Origin: Polyangiaceae bacterium
GTDB lineage: Bacteria > Myxococcota_A > Polyangia > Polyangiales > Polyangiaceae
Direction of reading: 5' to 3'
DNA: 15,746 nucleotides
Assembly (NCBI GenBank): GCA_044222475.1
Contig: JBGANF010000164.1
Location: 1 to 15,746, forward strand
Under the pieces are notes generated by a model. That model worked only from the letters and a program-made list of their open reading frames with translations. It was not told the DNA's origin and made no database searches. Both the position numbers and the translations under genes were made by a program. Below are positions 15,571 to 15,746 of this stretch, in pieces (position 1 is the stretch's first letter; the number at the start of each line of letters is the position of its first letter).

Positions 15571-15692
15571 ACGTCTTCGCCGCCACGATCGCTACACTAG
15601 TCATCGGAGGACGGGGCCACGATGCGCGAGCGTGCGCGCAGTGCTCGTGCAGCCTCCCCACCACGCGGTCCCTCCGCTACGCGTCGGGGTCG

Positions 15693-15746
15693 CTACGCCC
15701 AGCGCACCAGCGTCGTTTCGTACGGGTTGCTCATCGACGCGTTCCA
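15693..15746 (-). CDS. 3' end of an unidentified minus-strand gene (partial)
   Basis: Reverse frame reads WNASMSNPYETTLVRWA* with almost all codons ending in G/C. The stop TAG is at 15693-15695. Confidence 0.55.
   Translation of the reverse strand, partial: WNASMSNPYETTLVRWA

Noticed and set aside
15666..15692. CCCTCCGCTACGCGTCGGGG as a terminator or REP
   Set aside because: The stem is imperfect, there is no U-tract and there is only one copy in the window, so it cannot be supported.

Overview
This is a very GC-rich bacterial window whose gene content points to Myxococcota, probably Polyangiaceae/Labilithrix-like (inference from the MglA-like GTPase, the HRDVSPxN Hanks kinase, the TPR-PEGA protein and the Cys-rich DAG/DGG lipoproteins). 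It holds 13 complete protein genes. Left to right: the 5' end of an IS4 (IS50/Tn5-like) element next to a structured REP-like repeat; a helical-repeat hypothetical protein; a DUF962/Mpo1-like protein; a two-repeat Cys-rich lipoprotein; an FGE/SUMF1-fold protein with a sigma54-type promoter; a small exported protein; and a large lipoprotein with about 11 Gly/Asp repeats. A minus-strand trio follows (CpsB/PHP tyrosine phosphatase, UDP-HexNAc 6-dehydrogenase, UPF0104 flippase-like membrane protein). Divergent from it is a plus-strand cluster: an orphan MglA-like GTPase fused to a possibly HEPN-like domain, a membrane Ser/Thr kinase, a TPR-PEGA protein and a Cys-rich lipoprotein. The right end has an IS5 transposase stub, a palindromic hexamer-repeat element and the 3' end of a minus-strand gene. 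The best candidate for an uncharacterised system is the GTPase/kinase/TPR-PEGA/lipoprotein trans-envelope cluster. All family assignments come from motif recognition by eye, with no database searches.
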